Assembly (NCBI GenBank): GCA_001773215.1
Contig: MEWB01000001.1
Span: 151,108 to 215,107 of the forward strand
Origin: a candidate division WWE3 bacterium RIFOXYC1_FULL_40_10
GTDB lineage: Bacteria; Patescibacteriota; WWE3; UBA101185; UBA10185
DNA: 64,000 nt
Reading direction: 5' to 3'
The position numbers and the translations under genes were made by a program. The notes beneath the pieces were generated by a model that ran no database searches, was not told the origin of the DNA, and saw only the letters and a list, made by a program, of their open reading frames with translations. Positions 27,703 to 37,912 of this stretch are shown piece after piece (the stretch's first letter is position 1; the number at the start of each line of letters is the position of its first letter).

Positions 27703-29049
27703 ATGCTGGAAGAGGTTAAGAACTTAGCAAAAATAACGCTGTCGAATAAAATCCGTAACAACGGGGAGTCCAAATATGCTCATGTACAGAAAGTAGAAAG
27801 GCTATTGATAGAGCAGGGGATAACTGACATAGAAATACATACTCTATTGTATGTCACACACCTTATGGAGGAAAATGGAGTGGGGGACTTCGGGGAAAAA
27901 GTATTGGCCCAAGCAAGATCCTACATCAACATGTCTCATAACAAGTCTACTTCTATCGACTTAGAGAACAATCCTTTGCCAATTTTGTTAGAAACATTCC
28001 TAAGTTTGGCTGCCGAACCCAATGTTGCCATTGTGAGGATGGCCGATAAGGCCGAAAATATTAAAAGTGCGCATGTTTTTGCCCCCGAGGAATCTCGGAG
28101 AATGGCACTGAGTGCACTTAATATCTACGCACCAATAGCCAAAATCTTGGGCCTGGGCGGTTTATCAAGAATTCTTCAGGATGAGGCTTTCAAAATTCTG
28201 GATCCACAAAATTTCCATATACTAGATAGTGAAATTAAAGATGCAGAGTTGGGTGTTAAAAAACAACTTGAAGAGACAGGTGCTTTTTTGACCAGTATTG
28301 CGGAGGAACAAGAGATTAATACAGAAGTGGCGATGAGAGTGAAGGGAGTGTTTTCTGCTTATTCGAAAATGGTAAAAAAAGACTATTTGCATGTGACCAG
28401 CCTGTCGGATTTGTTCGCGATGAGAGTGATTGTTGATAAAATCGAGGATTGTTATGCTGTAGAAACTTTGTTGAACAGCTTACTGGATGTTTTTGAAGGT
28501 GAACAGAGGAATGATTATATTCAAAAGCCTAAGCCCGGAGGGTACAAAAGCATTCATTCCTATTACAAGTTGGATACAGGGGGAGTTTTCGAAGTCCAAA
28601 TTAGAACTAAAGAAATGCATGAATGGAACGAATTCGGGCAAGCTGCCCACTTTTGGTATAAATATAAGGACTTCAAAAAAAGATACTCTCAAGATCCCTC
28701 AATATTAGAAGAATTAAATTTTTTCAAGGCTCAAGGAAAGATTAAAGTAGGTAGGTTTGGCAAGCAAGTATACGTGTTTACTCCAAAAAACGATATTGTA
28801 GAGCTAGATAAAGGAGCTACTGCCCTAGATTTTGCCTTTGCTTTGCATGCTGACCTTGGTTTAAGGGCAACCGGTGCACATGTGAATGGAAAATACGTTC
28901 CTTTGGATCACGTTCTTTCTACGGGTGACAGAGTGTTGATTGAGAAAAGTAATTCGACAAAAGTACCGGGAAGCAAAAAAATCAATATGGTGACAACCAA
29001 AAAAGCCAGAAGTTACATCAAAAAATTGTTAAGGGCTAATTTAAAATAA
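27703..29049 (+). CDS. RelA/SpoT-family (p)ppGpp synthetase (degenerate HD, SYNTH, TGS)
   Basis: IYAPIAKILG, DLFAMRV, DYIQKPKPGGYKSIH, EVQIRT, VFTPK..ATALDFAFALH. Confidence 0.9.
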   Translation: MLEEVKNLAKITLSNKIRNNGESKYAHVQKVERLLIEQGITDIEIHTLLYVTHLMEENGVGDFGEKVLAQARSYINMSHNKSTSIDLENNPLPILLETFLSLAAEPNVAIVRMADKAENIKSAHVFAPEESRRMALSALNIYAPIAKILGLGGLSRILQDEAFKILDPQNFHILDSEIKDAELGVKKQLEETGAFLTSIAEEQEINTEVAMRVKGVFSAYSKMVKKDYLHVTSLSDLFAMRVIVDKIEDCYAVETLLNSLLDVFEGEQRNDYIQKPKPGGYKSIHSYYKLDTGGVFEVQIRTKEMHEWNEFGQAAHFWYKYKDFKKRYSQDPSILEELNFFKAQGKIKVGRFGKQVYVFTPKNDIVELDKGATALDFAFALHADLGLRATGAHVNGKYVPLDHVLSTGDRVLIEKSNSTKVPGSKKINMVTTKKARSYIKKLLRANLK

Positions 29050-29066
29050 TATGATAAGATATCGAC

Positions 29067-29714
29067 ATGGTGGAAATCAATTTTATTAATCATTCCTGCT
29101 TTAAGATAAAAGGAAAGGAAGTTTCCTTAATTGTAGATCCCTATGATCCTGAGCAAACCGGCTATAAAATGCCCAAGCTAGACTGTGATATATTGCTCAC
29201 AACCCACGAACACTTTGATCACAATTATAAAGATGCAATATCAGGTTATAAATTATTAATTGACGGAGCAGGTGAATATGAAGTTGGCGGGGTCTTTATC
29301 CAAGGAATCGAAGTTTTCCATGACAACGAAAATGGAGCCAAGAGAGGCAAGTCTACTCTCTATGTAATAGAAATAGATGATTTTACGATAATGCACTGTG
29401 GAGATTTGGGTCATGAGTTGTCAAAAGAAACCCTGGAGCACATACCGGATATAGATGTGCTACTCATTCCGGTGGGAGGTACCTACACCATTGATGCCGA
29501 AGCTGCCGCTAAGATAATCTCTTCCATTGAGCCGGGTTTTGTAGTTCCCATGCACTACCAAACTTCTGAAGTTACCAAACTGTCTAAAGATTTGGCTAAA
29601 TTAGACAAGTTTTTGGATGAGATGGGAGTGGATGTTGGTATGAAGAAACAAAATACACTTAAGCTAAGTAACAGAAGCGACATTCCCGAAGAAACTGAAG
29701 TTGTGATTCTCTAA
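29067..29714 (+). CDS. Metallo-beta-lactamase-fold hydrolase
   Basis: HSCF, VDPY, THEHFDHN, HCGDLG, PVGG, PMHY. Confidence 0.9.
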   Translation: MVEINFINHSCFKIKGKEVSLIVDPYDPEQTGYKMPKLDCDILLTTHEHFDHNYKDAISGYKLLIDGAGEYEVGGVFIQGIEVFHDNENGAKRGKSTLYVIEIDDFTIMHCGDLGHELSKETLEHIPDIDVLLIPVGGTYTIDAEAAAKIISSIEPGFVVPMHYQTSEVTKLSKDLAKLDKFLDEMGVDVGMKKQNTLKLSNRSDIPEETEVVIL

Positions 29715-29731
29715 CTGCCCCAGTTAGTAAT

Positions 29732-31054
29732 ATGTTAGATCAATCAAAAGTACATGTTCCGCCTCACGACATCGACGCCGAGAGATCGGTACTTGGTTCT
29801 ATCCTAATAGATAAAGACGCTATTGTGAAGGTAGTGGAGTTTCTGCGCCCAGAGCACTTCTACAAAGATTCACACAAACTTATATTTGAAGCAGTTCTCA
29901 GCCTCTATGAGCAGAGGGAGCCGGCGGATTTAATAACAGTACCTAACGAATTACGTCGAACCGGGAATTTAGAACGATGTGGGGGAGTGGCAAATCTAAC
30001 AGAACTAGTCAACTCCATTCCAACAACAGCTAACGTGGAGTCTTATGCGAGAATCATCCATGAGGGTGCTACGCGAAGAAATTTGATTAGGGTGGCGGCT
30101 GATATAAACGAGCTGGTTTTTAGTGAAGCGCCTTTATCAGAGGTTATGGACAGATCTGAACAGATATTGTACTCAGTAGCTCAAGATAGGGTGTATCAGG
30201 AATTTGTGCCGGTGAGGCAAACTTTGGAAGTTACGTTCGAGAGGCTCGAGGAGTTAAGCCGAAATAGGGGAGAGATGAGAGGAATTCCAACGGGTCTCAA
30301 AAATTTAGACAGGCTATTGAACGGGCTTCAGAAGGAAAATCTAATTATTTTGGCAGGACGACCTTCGGTGGGAAAATCGGCTTTGGCGATTAACATGGTA
30401 CAGTATGCCGCCACGAATAAGGATGCAGGTGTTGCCATATTTTCACTTGAGATGAGCAAAGAAAGCATTGTGGATAGAATGATCTCATCCCAAGCAGGTA
30501 TTGATAACTGGAAAATTGCAACCGGAAATCTAAGTGAGGAAGACTTTGAGAAATATGGAATAGCATCGGGGGAGTTAGCGGAAGCCGCTATATATATTGA
30601 CGACACTCCGGGGTTAAGTGTTCTGGAAATGAGAACAAAAGCCCGAAGACTAATGTCGGAAAGAAAAATAGACTTGATAGTTATCGATTACCTACAACTT
30701 ATTCAGCCACCTAAAGCCGAAAGTAGGGTACAGGAAGTATCCGCAATTTCCCTGGCGCTAAAGAACTTAGCTAGGGAGTTGAAAGTTCCTGTTGTAGCTC
30801 TATCCCAGCTATCGCGAGCAGTAGAGCAGAGAGGGGGAGCAAATAAACCTCAACTATCGGATCTAAGGGACTCAGGTTCTATTGAACAGGATGCCGACGT
30901 GGTCATGTTTGTGTATCGTCCCGATGATGAGGATAGGACATCCGCTCGCTTATTTTTAGCGAAACACAGAAACGGGCCTACCGGAGAAATTGACCTCTTC
31001 TTTAAGCAGGAATACACAAGATTCTACGAGGTTGAAAGACAAAGAGAAGATTAG
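29732..31054 (+). CDS. dnaB: Replicative DNA helicase
   Basis: PPHDIDAERSVLG, AGRPSVGKS, IDYLQL, DLRDSGSIEQDAD. Confidence 0.97.
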   Translation: MLDQSKVHVPPHDIDAERSVLGSILIDKDAIVKVVEFLRPEHFYKDSHKLIFEAVLSLYEQREPADLITVPNELRRTGNLERCGGVANLTELVNSIPTTANVESYARIIHEGATRRNLIRVAADINELVFSEAPLSEVMDRSEQILYSVAQDRVYQEFVPVRQTLEVTFERLEELSRNRGEMRGIPTGLKNLDRLLNGLQKENLIILAGRPSVGKSALAINMVQYAATNKDAGVAIFSLEMSKESIVDRMISSQAGIDNWKIATGNLSEEDFEKYGIASGELAEAAIYIDDTPGLSVLEMRTKARRLMSERKIDLIVIDYLQLIQPPKAESRVQEVSAISLALKNLARELKVPVVALSQLSRAVEQRGGANKPQLSDLRDSGSIEQDADVVMFVYRPDDEDRTSARLFLAKHRNGPTGEIDLFFKQEYTRFYEVERQRED

Positions 31055-31539
31055 ATCTTTTCTTCCCATAGAGGCCTTACAGTAGATGGTAAAGGGATTG
31101 GCAGCCTATTTAGACTTATAAACTCCTCGATTTTTTTTAAATCCTCCTTGTCCCTTTCTCTATGGTTGATCAGCTTTTCTCTTATTATGTATTCAAGATT
31201 AACTAGCCGAACCCCCTGTACTATTTCGGACGTATCGATCAGTTCGTTAATATTCCACTCACCTGTGATCCATTTATTTGATATTTCTATATTACCTTCA
31301 AACAGAATGAGTTCTCTACCATGATTGGATTTTGTGGGTTGTAGCACACCTTTGGTTTTTGCGATCTCCCATGCAGCTCCCCGGGCTATTACATCTAAAT
31401 CGTGTAATTCTTGGGTGATGTTATAAACCCACAGAGGAGCGCTTCCAAAAATGGCGTAGTCTCCTGACGGCATTCCTAAGGAAAGCAGTTGTTGAAACTT
31501 TGTTTCGGCCGCTAGATTTCGAGTAGGTAGGTTAAACAT
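31051..31539 (-). CDS. Small nucleotidyltransferase-fold hypothetical protein
   Basis: YAIFGSAPL...HDLDVIA (GS..DxD), RERDKEDL. Confidence 0.65.
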   Translation of the reverse strand: MFNLPTRNLAAETKFQQLLSLGMPSGDYAIFGSAPLWVYNITQELHDLDVIARGAAWEIAKTKGVLQPTKSNHGRELILFEGNIEISNKWITGEWNINELIDTSEIVQGVRLVNLEYIIREKLINHRERDKEDLKKIEEFISLNRLPIPLPSTVRPLWEEKI

Positions 31540-31586
31540 TTCACTATTATATATGGAATAAGTTTAGTGGTACAATATCTGCGTTG

Positions 31587-31674
31587 GCCGTGGTGGCGGA
31601 ATGGCAGACGCGAAGGTCTCAAAAACCTTTGTCCTTCACTGGGCATGTGAGTTCGACTCTCACCCACGGCACCA
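31587..31674 (+). tRNA. tRNA-Leu(CAA)
   Basis: Acceptor stem GCCGTGG/CCACGGC, anticodon arm AAGGT-CTCAAAA-ACCTT, long variable arm, GTTCGA, encoded CCA. Confidence 0.96.
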
Positions 31675-31688
31675 TAGGATTTAATTAT

Positions 31689-32243
31689 ATGAATGTTACA
31701 GACTTAAAAAACGGAACTATATATCAGGAAAATGGACAACCTCTTTTGGTTGTTAAATACGAGCATATAAAGGTGAGTAGGGGAGGGGCAACTGTAAAAG
31801 TGAAGGTCAAAAACTTGCTCACCGGGCAAGTATTGGAGAAGTCATATGTTGCTTCTGGGCATGTCGAGAGGGCAGACGTTTACAGGAAAAATGCGCAGTA
31901 CCTGTATAAGGAAGGCGAAAATTATTATTTTATGGATCCCGACAGTTTTGAGCAGTTCTTTGTTGATAAGGAAGTAATGGGGGATAGCTACCGCTTTTTA
32001 GTCGAGGGCCAAAAAGTGCAGGCACTATATTTCAATGGCAATGCAGTGTCGATGGAATTACCTATTTCCATGATATTCGAGGTTTCATACACGGAGCCCG
32101 GTTACAAAGGGAATACCGTTTCGAACGTTTTAAAAAGTGCCACACTTGATAATGGTGCTGAAGTGAGAGTTCCTATCTTTATTAAAATCGGCGATAAGGT
32201 TAAAATAGATACGAGAGATGGTTCGTACGTATCTAAAGCCTAA
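31689..32243 (+). CDS. efp: Elongation factor P
   Basis: DLKNG, EHIKVSRGGA, QYLY, TEPGYKGNT, VPIFIKIGD..IDTRDGSYVSKA; start moved to ATG 31689, after the tRNA. Confidence 0.95.
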   Translation: MNVTDLKNGTIYQENGQPLLVVKYEHIKVSRGGATVKVKVKNLLTGQVLEKSYVASGHVERADVYRKNAQYLYKEGENYYFMDPDSFEQFFVDKEVMGDSYRFLVEGQKVQALYFNGNAVSMELPISMIFEVSYTEPGYKGNTVSNVLKSATLDNGAEVRVPIFIKIGDKVKIDTRDGSYVSKA

Positions 32244-32245
32244 TT

Positions 32246-33211
32246 ATGCCTATTTCTATATCGCTAACCGATTCAGCATTAATTTTACAAATACTCGGGG
32301 TAGTATTTGGGCTTTTTGTTATCTGGTACGAGGCGAGAAAAGACGGGTTTGACGATCATAGGATTTTTGACATCGCATTCTCCTCGTCAATAATAGGCTA
32401 CGTTGTATATTATGGTTTGGGTTTTCTTAGAAACTGGCTTAGTATTTATTACCTTAACAATATCCTACTTAAGTTACTAACAGTTCCTGCAATTTTATTA
32501 CTTTGCTTCTGTTTTATGTTGGCAATGGTACTAATCGGGTTGAGAAAATCCCGATGGTCTTTGTATAGAATTTTGGATATTTATTCATTAGGATGGGCAG
32601 GTTTTTTGCTTTTTATATCAATGTCCACATTTTCGTTAAAGACTATATTATTAGGTGCGTTCCTGCTGTTAGTCCCAAGATATAGAAGCAGAAGGTTCGT
32701 TTCGGGGTTAAGTTTCTCTGCGTTTTGTTTTATGTTAGCACTCTTTTCGATATATTCCTGGGAAGACTTATCACGATTTACTTTGAGCCTAATTTTGGTT
32801 ATCATTGGGATGCTGAATTTAGTCTTTTTTTCGAGGAAATTTATGCTAAAAAATATATTACCATCAAATCTTATAGCCCAGATTCGCAATAAATTGTTGG
32901 CAAAGAAAAAGAACTTGGATTTGCAGCAAGATTTGCTTGAGAAGGAAGATCCCTACAAAAGGGAAGGGCGTGATATTGAAAGCTCTGAGGCCCTGGAGGA
33001 GGCTGTGTTCGAAGATGCTAGAAAGGTGGACATTGAGAGGACAAAAGAAAGAATTGAGGACGCTTCGGAAGACGTTGAGGGTGCTTTAAAGTCTATTGAG
33101 GCAGGAACATATGGTATATGCTCAGTTTGCGGAAAACCTATCGATAAAGCTCGCCTGGAGGTATATCCCGAAGCTGATAAATGTATAGAATGTGCTGAAG
33201 ATGAGGCCTAG
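32246..33211 (+). CDS. Membrane (Lgt-like) domain fused in frame to TraR/DksA C4 zinc-finger domain
   Basis: Hydrophobic residues 1-197; C-terminal GTYGICSVCGKPIDKARLEVYPEADKCIEC; internal ATG at 32843. Confidence 0.75.
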   Translation: MPISISLTDSALILQILGVVFGLFVIWYEARKDGFDDHRIFDIAFSSSIIGYVVYYGLGFLRNWLSIYYLNNILLKLLTVPAILLLCFCFMLAMVLIGLRKSRWSLYRILDIYSLGWAGFLLFISMSTFSLKTILLGAFLLLVPRYRSRRFVSGLSFSAFCFMLALFSIYSWEDLSRFTLSLILVIIGMLNLVFFSRKFMLKNILPSNLIAQIRNKLLAKKKNLDLQQDLLEKEDPYKREGRDIESSEALEEAVFEDARKVDIERTKERIEDASEDVEGALKSIEAGTYGICSVCGKPIDKARLEVYPEADKCIECAEDEA

Positions 33212-33545
33212 TTTAGTACCCGTATTCAACTGCGACTACTTATTCAATAACTCCTTACCATTGTGGATATATTTGTCGCTTTGTGTCATAATTCTACTTG
33301 TCTCAATGGCACTTCTAAGGAAGATGATTAACACGTCTTTTTTTGGGTATGTAGGGCTTTTCCTTATATTCTTGGGAGGAATGGGCAATTTAGTAGAAAG
33401 AGGAACAACAGGATGTGTAAAAGATTATCTAGATTTTATGGGAATGGTTCATTTTAATGTAAATGACGTTTTAGTATCTTTTGGAATAGCAGTTCTAATC
33501 GTAGTAATAGTATATGATAAAACCAACAATAATATATCAGGATGA
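33192..33545 (+). CDS. lspA: Signal peptidase II-like (short)
   Basis: GGMGNLVER..G.VKDYL..FNVND. Confidence 0.75.
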   Translation: MLKMRPSLVPVFNCDYLFNNSLPLWIYLSLCVIILLVSMALLRKMINTSFFGYVGLFLIFLGGMGNLVERGTTGCVKDYLDFMGMVHFNVNDVLVSFGIAVLIVVIVYDKTNNNISG

Positions 33546-34230
33546 TTTTCTTGCAGTTATAGATAAACCATCGGGGCTAGTAGTGAATCGGTCAGAGACT
33601 GCACCGGTTTATACGCTACAAGACTTTATAGATCAAAACATCACTCTAAAGGTGGATTCGGGGTTTGAGGAAATAGCAGACGATTATCTAGGACGCTCAG
33701 GGTTGGTACATAGAATAGATAAGGATACGTCTGGATTGCTATTAGTAGCCAAGGACACAACCACCTTTCTTAAGTTACTAGCCATGTTCAAAAAGAAGAC
33801 AATAAACAAAGAATACCTGGTACTAGTACACGGAGTTATAAAAGAAGCAAATTTTGTAATTAATGCCCCTATAGGAAGAAATCCTGTCGACCGACAGAAA
33901 TTCGGAATAGTAGAAGGTGGCAGAGACTCAAAAACTAAATTCGAGAAAATCAAGAGTCTAGTAATTGGAGAGGATGAGTTCACATACCTAAAAGCCTACC
34001 CTGTGACGGGCAGAACCCATCAAATACGAGTACATCTATCAGCCTTGGGACACCCTGTGGTGGGGGATGTTACTTACTGTTCCAGAAAAAAACTGAGAGC
34101 GACTGACAAGCTATTCAATCGGATGATGTTGCATGCCCATAAGATTTCCTTTATCCACCCTATAACTCAGAGAGCCGAAAACTTTATATCCCCGGTACCC
34201 ACAGAGTTTTTACTTGAAAAGTATCTATAA
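33514..34230 (+). CDS. RluA-family pseudouridine synthase
   Basis: DKPSGLVV, VHRIDKDTSG, TGRTHQIRVH, LHAH. Confidence 0.93.
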   Translation: MIKPTIIYQDDFLAVIDKPSGLVVNRSETAPVYTLQDFIDQNITLKVDSGFEEIADDYLGRSGLVHRIDKDTSGLLLVAKDTTTFLKLLAMFKKKTINKEYLVLVHGVIKEANFVINAPIGRNPVDRQKFGIVEGGRDSKTKFEKIKSLVIGEDEFTYLKAYPVTGRTHQIRVHLSALGHPVVGDVTYCSRKKLRATDKLFNRMMLHAHKISFIHPITQRAENFISPVPTEFLLEKYL

Positions 34231-34273
34231 CAAAACTCTTTTCATAACCTATGCTGATGTATTATGATAGTGT

Positions 34274-35320
34274 GTGATGTCAGCTGCTGCCCGAAAGAAA
34301 TTGAAAAAAAGAATAGTTAAGTTGAAGAGAGCGGTGCTTGGAAGAGCCGCTAAAAAGAGAGTTGTGAAGTACTCTACACTACTAATTCTTGTAGGACTAT
34401 CGTGTTTATTCCTAGCGCTATCCTCAATATATAAGTATTTAAATCAAAATTATGCATGGGCTGTAGAGAAGTCGTCCTATCCAACTGGCACCGGTACTGT
34501 TACAATGGCCTACGCTGTTAAGGACGGGGAAAGACTTAATGAAATCAGATACATAATATTCGATAAGAGTAACCAACGGGTGTTTATCTATGATATGTCT
34601 CCCGATATGGTGTTCGATGTTCCCGGTGGGTTTGGCTATGAAAAAATCGGAACTTTACCTTTGCTTGCCACTTTAAAAGGAGAGAACTCCGAGGAAAAGT
34701 TAACAGAGTTATTAAGAAACACGTTGCTTGGAATATTTTCCTATAATGTTGATCACTATATTGTGGTCCAGAATAAAGTGAGCGTGGAATTTAATCGGTT
34801 TTTTATCGAAGGAAACAGTTTGAAAGCGCTGAATCCTGCATTTATACATGATGTACGGAGCAGTGTGAGTACGGATCTTACTTTAAAAGACTTGTATGAG
34901 TTTTCGACATTGATAAATGGGTTGCCGGAGGATAGGGTATACAAGATAGCTGTAGACGGTTCCGGTGCAATTTTGGAAGAGATGAGTGATCTTTCTATGG
35001 ATTCTGTTCTAGCCAGGGAAAGAAAGAGCATCGCGGTATTGAACGGTACTCCATTGTCGGGAATAGCAGGCCGCACAGCCAAAATAGTTGAAAACATGGG
35101 TGGTAGCGTAATTGCAGTCGGGAATACAGTAAGGAAATTCGAAACGAGCAGCTTAATAGTTGACGACTTGGATTCAGCCAGTGCTTTGTTTTTGAAACAG
35201 GTTTTTGGTATTTCGGTAGTGGAGTCAAAGGATACAACTCAGTTATATGATGTTAGCGAGGTAGACAGGGCGGATATGACACTAATTATTGGTGTTGACA
35301 TCGCTAACAAGCTGTATTAA
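34274..35320 (+). CDS. LCP-like membrane protein with LytR C-terminal domain
   Basis: N-terminal TM; IAVLNGTPLSGIAG...GN...DMTLIIG. Confidence 0.75.
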   Translation: MMSAAARKKLKKRIVKLKRAVLGRAAKKRVVKYSTLLILVGLSCLFLALSSIYKYLNQNYAWAVEKSSYPTGTGTVTMAYAVKDGERLNEIRYIIFDKSNQRVFIYDMSPDMVFDVPGGFGYEKIGTLPLLATLKGENSEEKLTELLRNTLLGIFSYNVDHYIVVQNKVSVEFNRFFIEGNSLKALNPAFIHDVRSSVSTDLTLKDLYEFSTLINGLPEDRVYKIAVDGSGAILEEMSDLSMDSVLARERKSIAVLNGTPLSGIAGRTAKIVENMGGSVIAVGNTVRKFETSSLIVDDLDSASALFLKQVFGISVVESKDTTQLYDVSEVDRADMTLIIGVDIANKLY

Positions 35321-35380
35321 AATACACCTGTACTCTCTCCTTTCTACCCCCGCTCCAAATTAGGGCGGGGGTTTTATTTG
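35295..35380 (+). ncRNA. Candidate ~50-nt small RNA or terminated leader
   Basis: TTGACA 35295-35300, 17-bp spacer, TAAAAT 35318-35323; CU-rich tract; 10-bp stem 35346-35372 plus U-tract. Confidence 0.45.
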
Positions 35381-35387
35381 TTTTAAA

Positions 35388-37907
35388 ATGAATACACAAT
35401 ACTTAGTAATATTAGGCACAGTAGCAGTCATTTTAATCTTCATAATTATTAAGAAGCTAAGATCTGTTGATAAAACCGATTTCGGAAAGGTTGAGATGGG
35501 TGACTTTGAGGTATTGGAAATACAGCTGAGTAGGGATACGGAAGAGAAAGGTGAGGCACAGGCCCCGGCACTGCTTGTGGAAAATATGTTTTCAGCACTA
35601 CACGGACTATTAAGATCGGATCCCACAGTGCAGGAACACTTTTCGTTTGAGATTGCGGCCTCAGGAGATACAGGTGTTAGGTTTTACGTTGCTGTGCCCA
35701 GAAATATCATGAAATTTGTCGAGAGTCAGATATATGCACAGTTACCTGATTCTCGTATCGAAGTTGTCACTGACTATACCAAGGAGCTGTTACCTACCAA
35801 AGAAAATTATCAAACTTCCCTTTTAAAACTGGGAAAGCCATCTTTTTTCCCCATAAGAAGCTTCAGAGAATTCGAGGTTGATCCCTTGGCTTCACTAATT
35901 GCTTCTATTTCTTCTCTAAGTGTAGATGAAAAGGTTTGGATACAGGTTGTGGTAAGGCCTTTGGCAGATGTATGGCAAAAAGAAGGCATGACATATGTTA
36001 ATACTATCCGAGAAGGAAGAGTTTACGGATCTAACCCCTCACCCGTTGGAACAGCAGTTGGGGCTCTAAAAAAAGAGTTTGGAGCAATTTTAATAGGTGC
36101 GTTGATAGGTTTGATCTCACCTCCAAAATCGGAATTTGAATCCGGTAAGGGAGCGCCCAAACCCGTTTTGCCTCCTCGGCTTTCAGCTTCTCAGGAACTT
36201 GATTTAAGGGCAATCGAGAATAAATTGTCTCGAATGGGCTTTTACGTCTCAGTTAGAGTCCTGGCTTCTTGCGGAAGTAATGAAAAGGTGGACAGCCGGT
36301 TAAGGGCCGTTCTAGCGTCACTAAACCAGTTTAGTATAGCCAATTTAAATGGGTTTGTTGCAGAAATAGACAAAGATCACGCGCAATCCTTTAGGGACTA
36401 TACAAATAGGGTGATATCTTATCCCGAAAGCTTCATCTTAAGCACAGAGGAATTAGCCTCGGTTTATCATTATCCCTCCGGAAGTTTTGAAGCGCCGAAC
36501 ATTTCATGGGTATACTCCAAAAGTTCGGAGCCGCCAAGCAATCTTCCTACTGAAGACTGTGTATACATAGGAGAAACTATGTTTAGGAATAAAAAAGTCA
36601 AATTTGGCATTAAAAATGGGGATGACAGACTAAGACATATGTATCTAATAGGAAAGTCGGGTACTGGGAAGTCCACTCTTATATATACTATGGCTTGTCA
36701 GGATATCAAGAATGGCGCCGGGGTAGGTGTGCTCGATCCTCACGGTGAGACTATCGAAAGTATATTAGAGAGGATACCTGATAACAGAATTGATGATGTT
36801 GTTATAGTAGATCCTTCAGATTCTGAGCGGCCTGTTGGATTGAACCTGCTTGAAATGGAGGATCCAAGTCAGAAGAATCTTATGGCTTCGGGTTTGGTGG
36901 CCGCAATTAAACAACACTTTGAATATTCCTGGGGTCCCCGTTTGGAATACCTGCTAAACTATGCCATATTGACACTGTTAGACGTGCCGGGAACTTCGAT
37001 ACTAGGTATTACCAGACTATTAGAAGATCAAAATTACCAAAGATATATACTTCATCAGGTTAAAGATCCTGTGGTAGTGAGGTTTTGGGAAAAGGAGTAC
37101 AAAGAGATAAAGGGAAATCAAAAATTTGCTACCGAAGCTATAGCACCAATACAAAACAAGGTGAATAGATTTCTTGCTTCCAGTACCATTAGGGACATTC
37201 TCGGCCAGAAGAATTCTACAATTAACATTTGGGATATAATGAATTCGGGAAAAATTTTGTTAATTAACCTTTCAAAGGGGAAAATTGGCTCAGATAATGC
37301 AAATTTGCTGGGAGCTCTATTGGTTTCAAGAATCCAATTTTATGCCCTCCAACGCGCCAGGATACCTTACGAAAAAAGAACACCCTTCTATTTATATGTT
37401 GATGAATTCCAGAACTTTGCATCAGGTAGTTTTGGTGAGATCCTTTCGGAGTCGAGGAAATACAAATTAGGTTTATACCTTACCCATCAGTACACCGAGC
37501 AGCTACCTGAAGAATTGTTGCATGCTGTATATGGCAATGTAGGTACTTTACTTGCATTTTCGCTTGGTGCGCCAGATGCCAAAGCTCTAGAGCATGAGTT
37601 TGCGCCTTACTTTACTCAAGAGGACATTCTATCCTTAGAAAGATTCCAAGTTTATATTAAGTTAATGATTGATGGTATGACATCACACCCGTTTTCGGGT
37701 AGGATTCTAATTCCATGGTCGGATGAGTTACTAGGTACTATGATTCCAAAAACTCCCAATAGGGAACGTGTATTAGAGTTGAGCCGCCAAAAGTATGGAT
37801 CGGATAGAGCCACTGTGGAGGCCAAAATTGGCAAGTGGGTCGAAACACCATTCGATAAAGGTATGGCAATCGCCCAGGAGAAAAGGACTCCTGATATGGT
37901 AAAATAA
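35388..37907 (+). CDS. VirB4/VirD4(TraD)-like P-loop ATPase
   Basis: RHMYLIGKSGTGKS, LDPHG, LYVDEFQNF, SESRKYKL..THQY. Confidence 0.85.
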   Translation: MNTQYLVILGTVAVILIFIIIKKLRSVDKTDFGKVEMGDFEVLEIQLSRDTEEKGEAQAPALLVENMFSALHGLLRSDPTVQEHFSFEIAASGDTGVRFYVAVPRNIMKFVESQIYAQLPDSRIEVVTDYTKELLPTKENYQTSLLKLGKPSFFPIRSFREFEVDPLASLIASISSLSVDEKVWIQVVVRPLADVWQKEGMTYVNTIREGRVYGSNPSPVGTAVGALKKEFGAILIGALIGLISPPKSEFESGKGAPKPVLPPRLSASQELDLRAIENKLSRMGFYVSVRVLASCGSNEKVDSRLRAVLASLNQFSIANLNGFVAEIDKDHAQSFRDYTNRVISYPESFILSTEELASVYHYPSGSFEAPNISWVYSKSSEPPSNLPTEDCVYIGETMFRNKKVKFGIKNGDDRLRHMYLIGKSGTGKSTLIYTMACQDIKNGAGVGVLDPHGETIESILERIPDNRIDDVVIVDPSDSERPVGLNLLEMEDPSQKNLMASGLVAAIKQHFEYSWGPRLEYLLNYAILTLLDVPGTSILGITRLLEDQNYQRYILHQVKDPVVVRFWEKEYKEIKGNQKFATEAIAPIQNKVNRFLASSTIRDILGQKNSTINIWDIMNSGKILLINLSKGKIGSDNANLLGALLVSRIQFYALQRARIPYEKRTPFYLYVDEFQNFASGSFGEILSESRKYKLGLYLTHQYTEQLPEELLHAVYGNVGTLLAFSLGAPDAKALEHEFAPYFTQEDILSLERFQVYIKLMIDGMTSHPFSGRILIPWSDELLGTMIPKTPNRERVLELSRQKYGSDRATVEAKIGKWVETPFDKGMAIAQEKRTPDMVK

Positions 37908-37912
37908 CTTTT

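Noticed and set aside
31587-31674. tRNA-Leu as an integration site
   Set aside because: No duplicated tRNA 3' end noticed, and efp follows immediately
31584-31688. N-terminal extension of EF-P in the ORF track
   Set aside because: It overlaps tRNA-Leu; EF-P similarity begins at ATG 31689
35388-37907. ICE or T4SS island around the VirB4/TraD-like ATPase
   Set aside because: Flanked by housekeeping genes with no other conjugation genes; stand-alone copies are common in CPR
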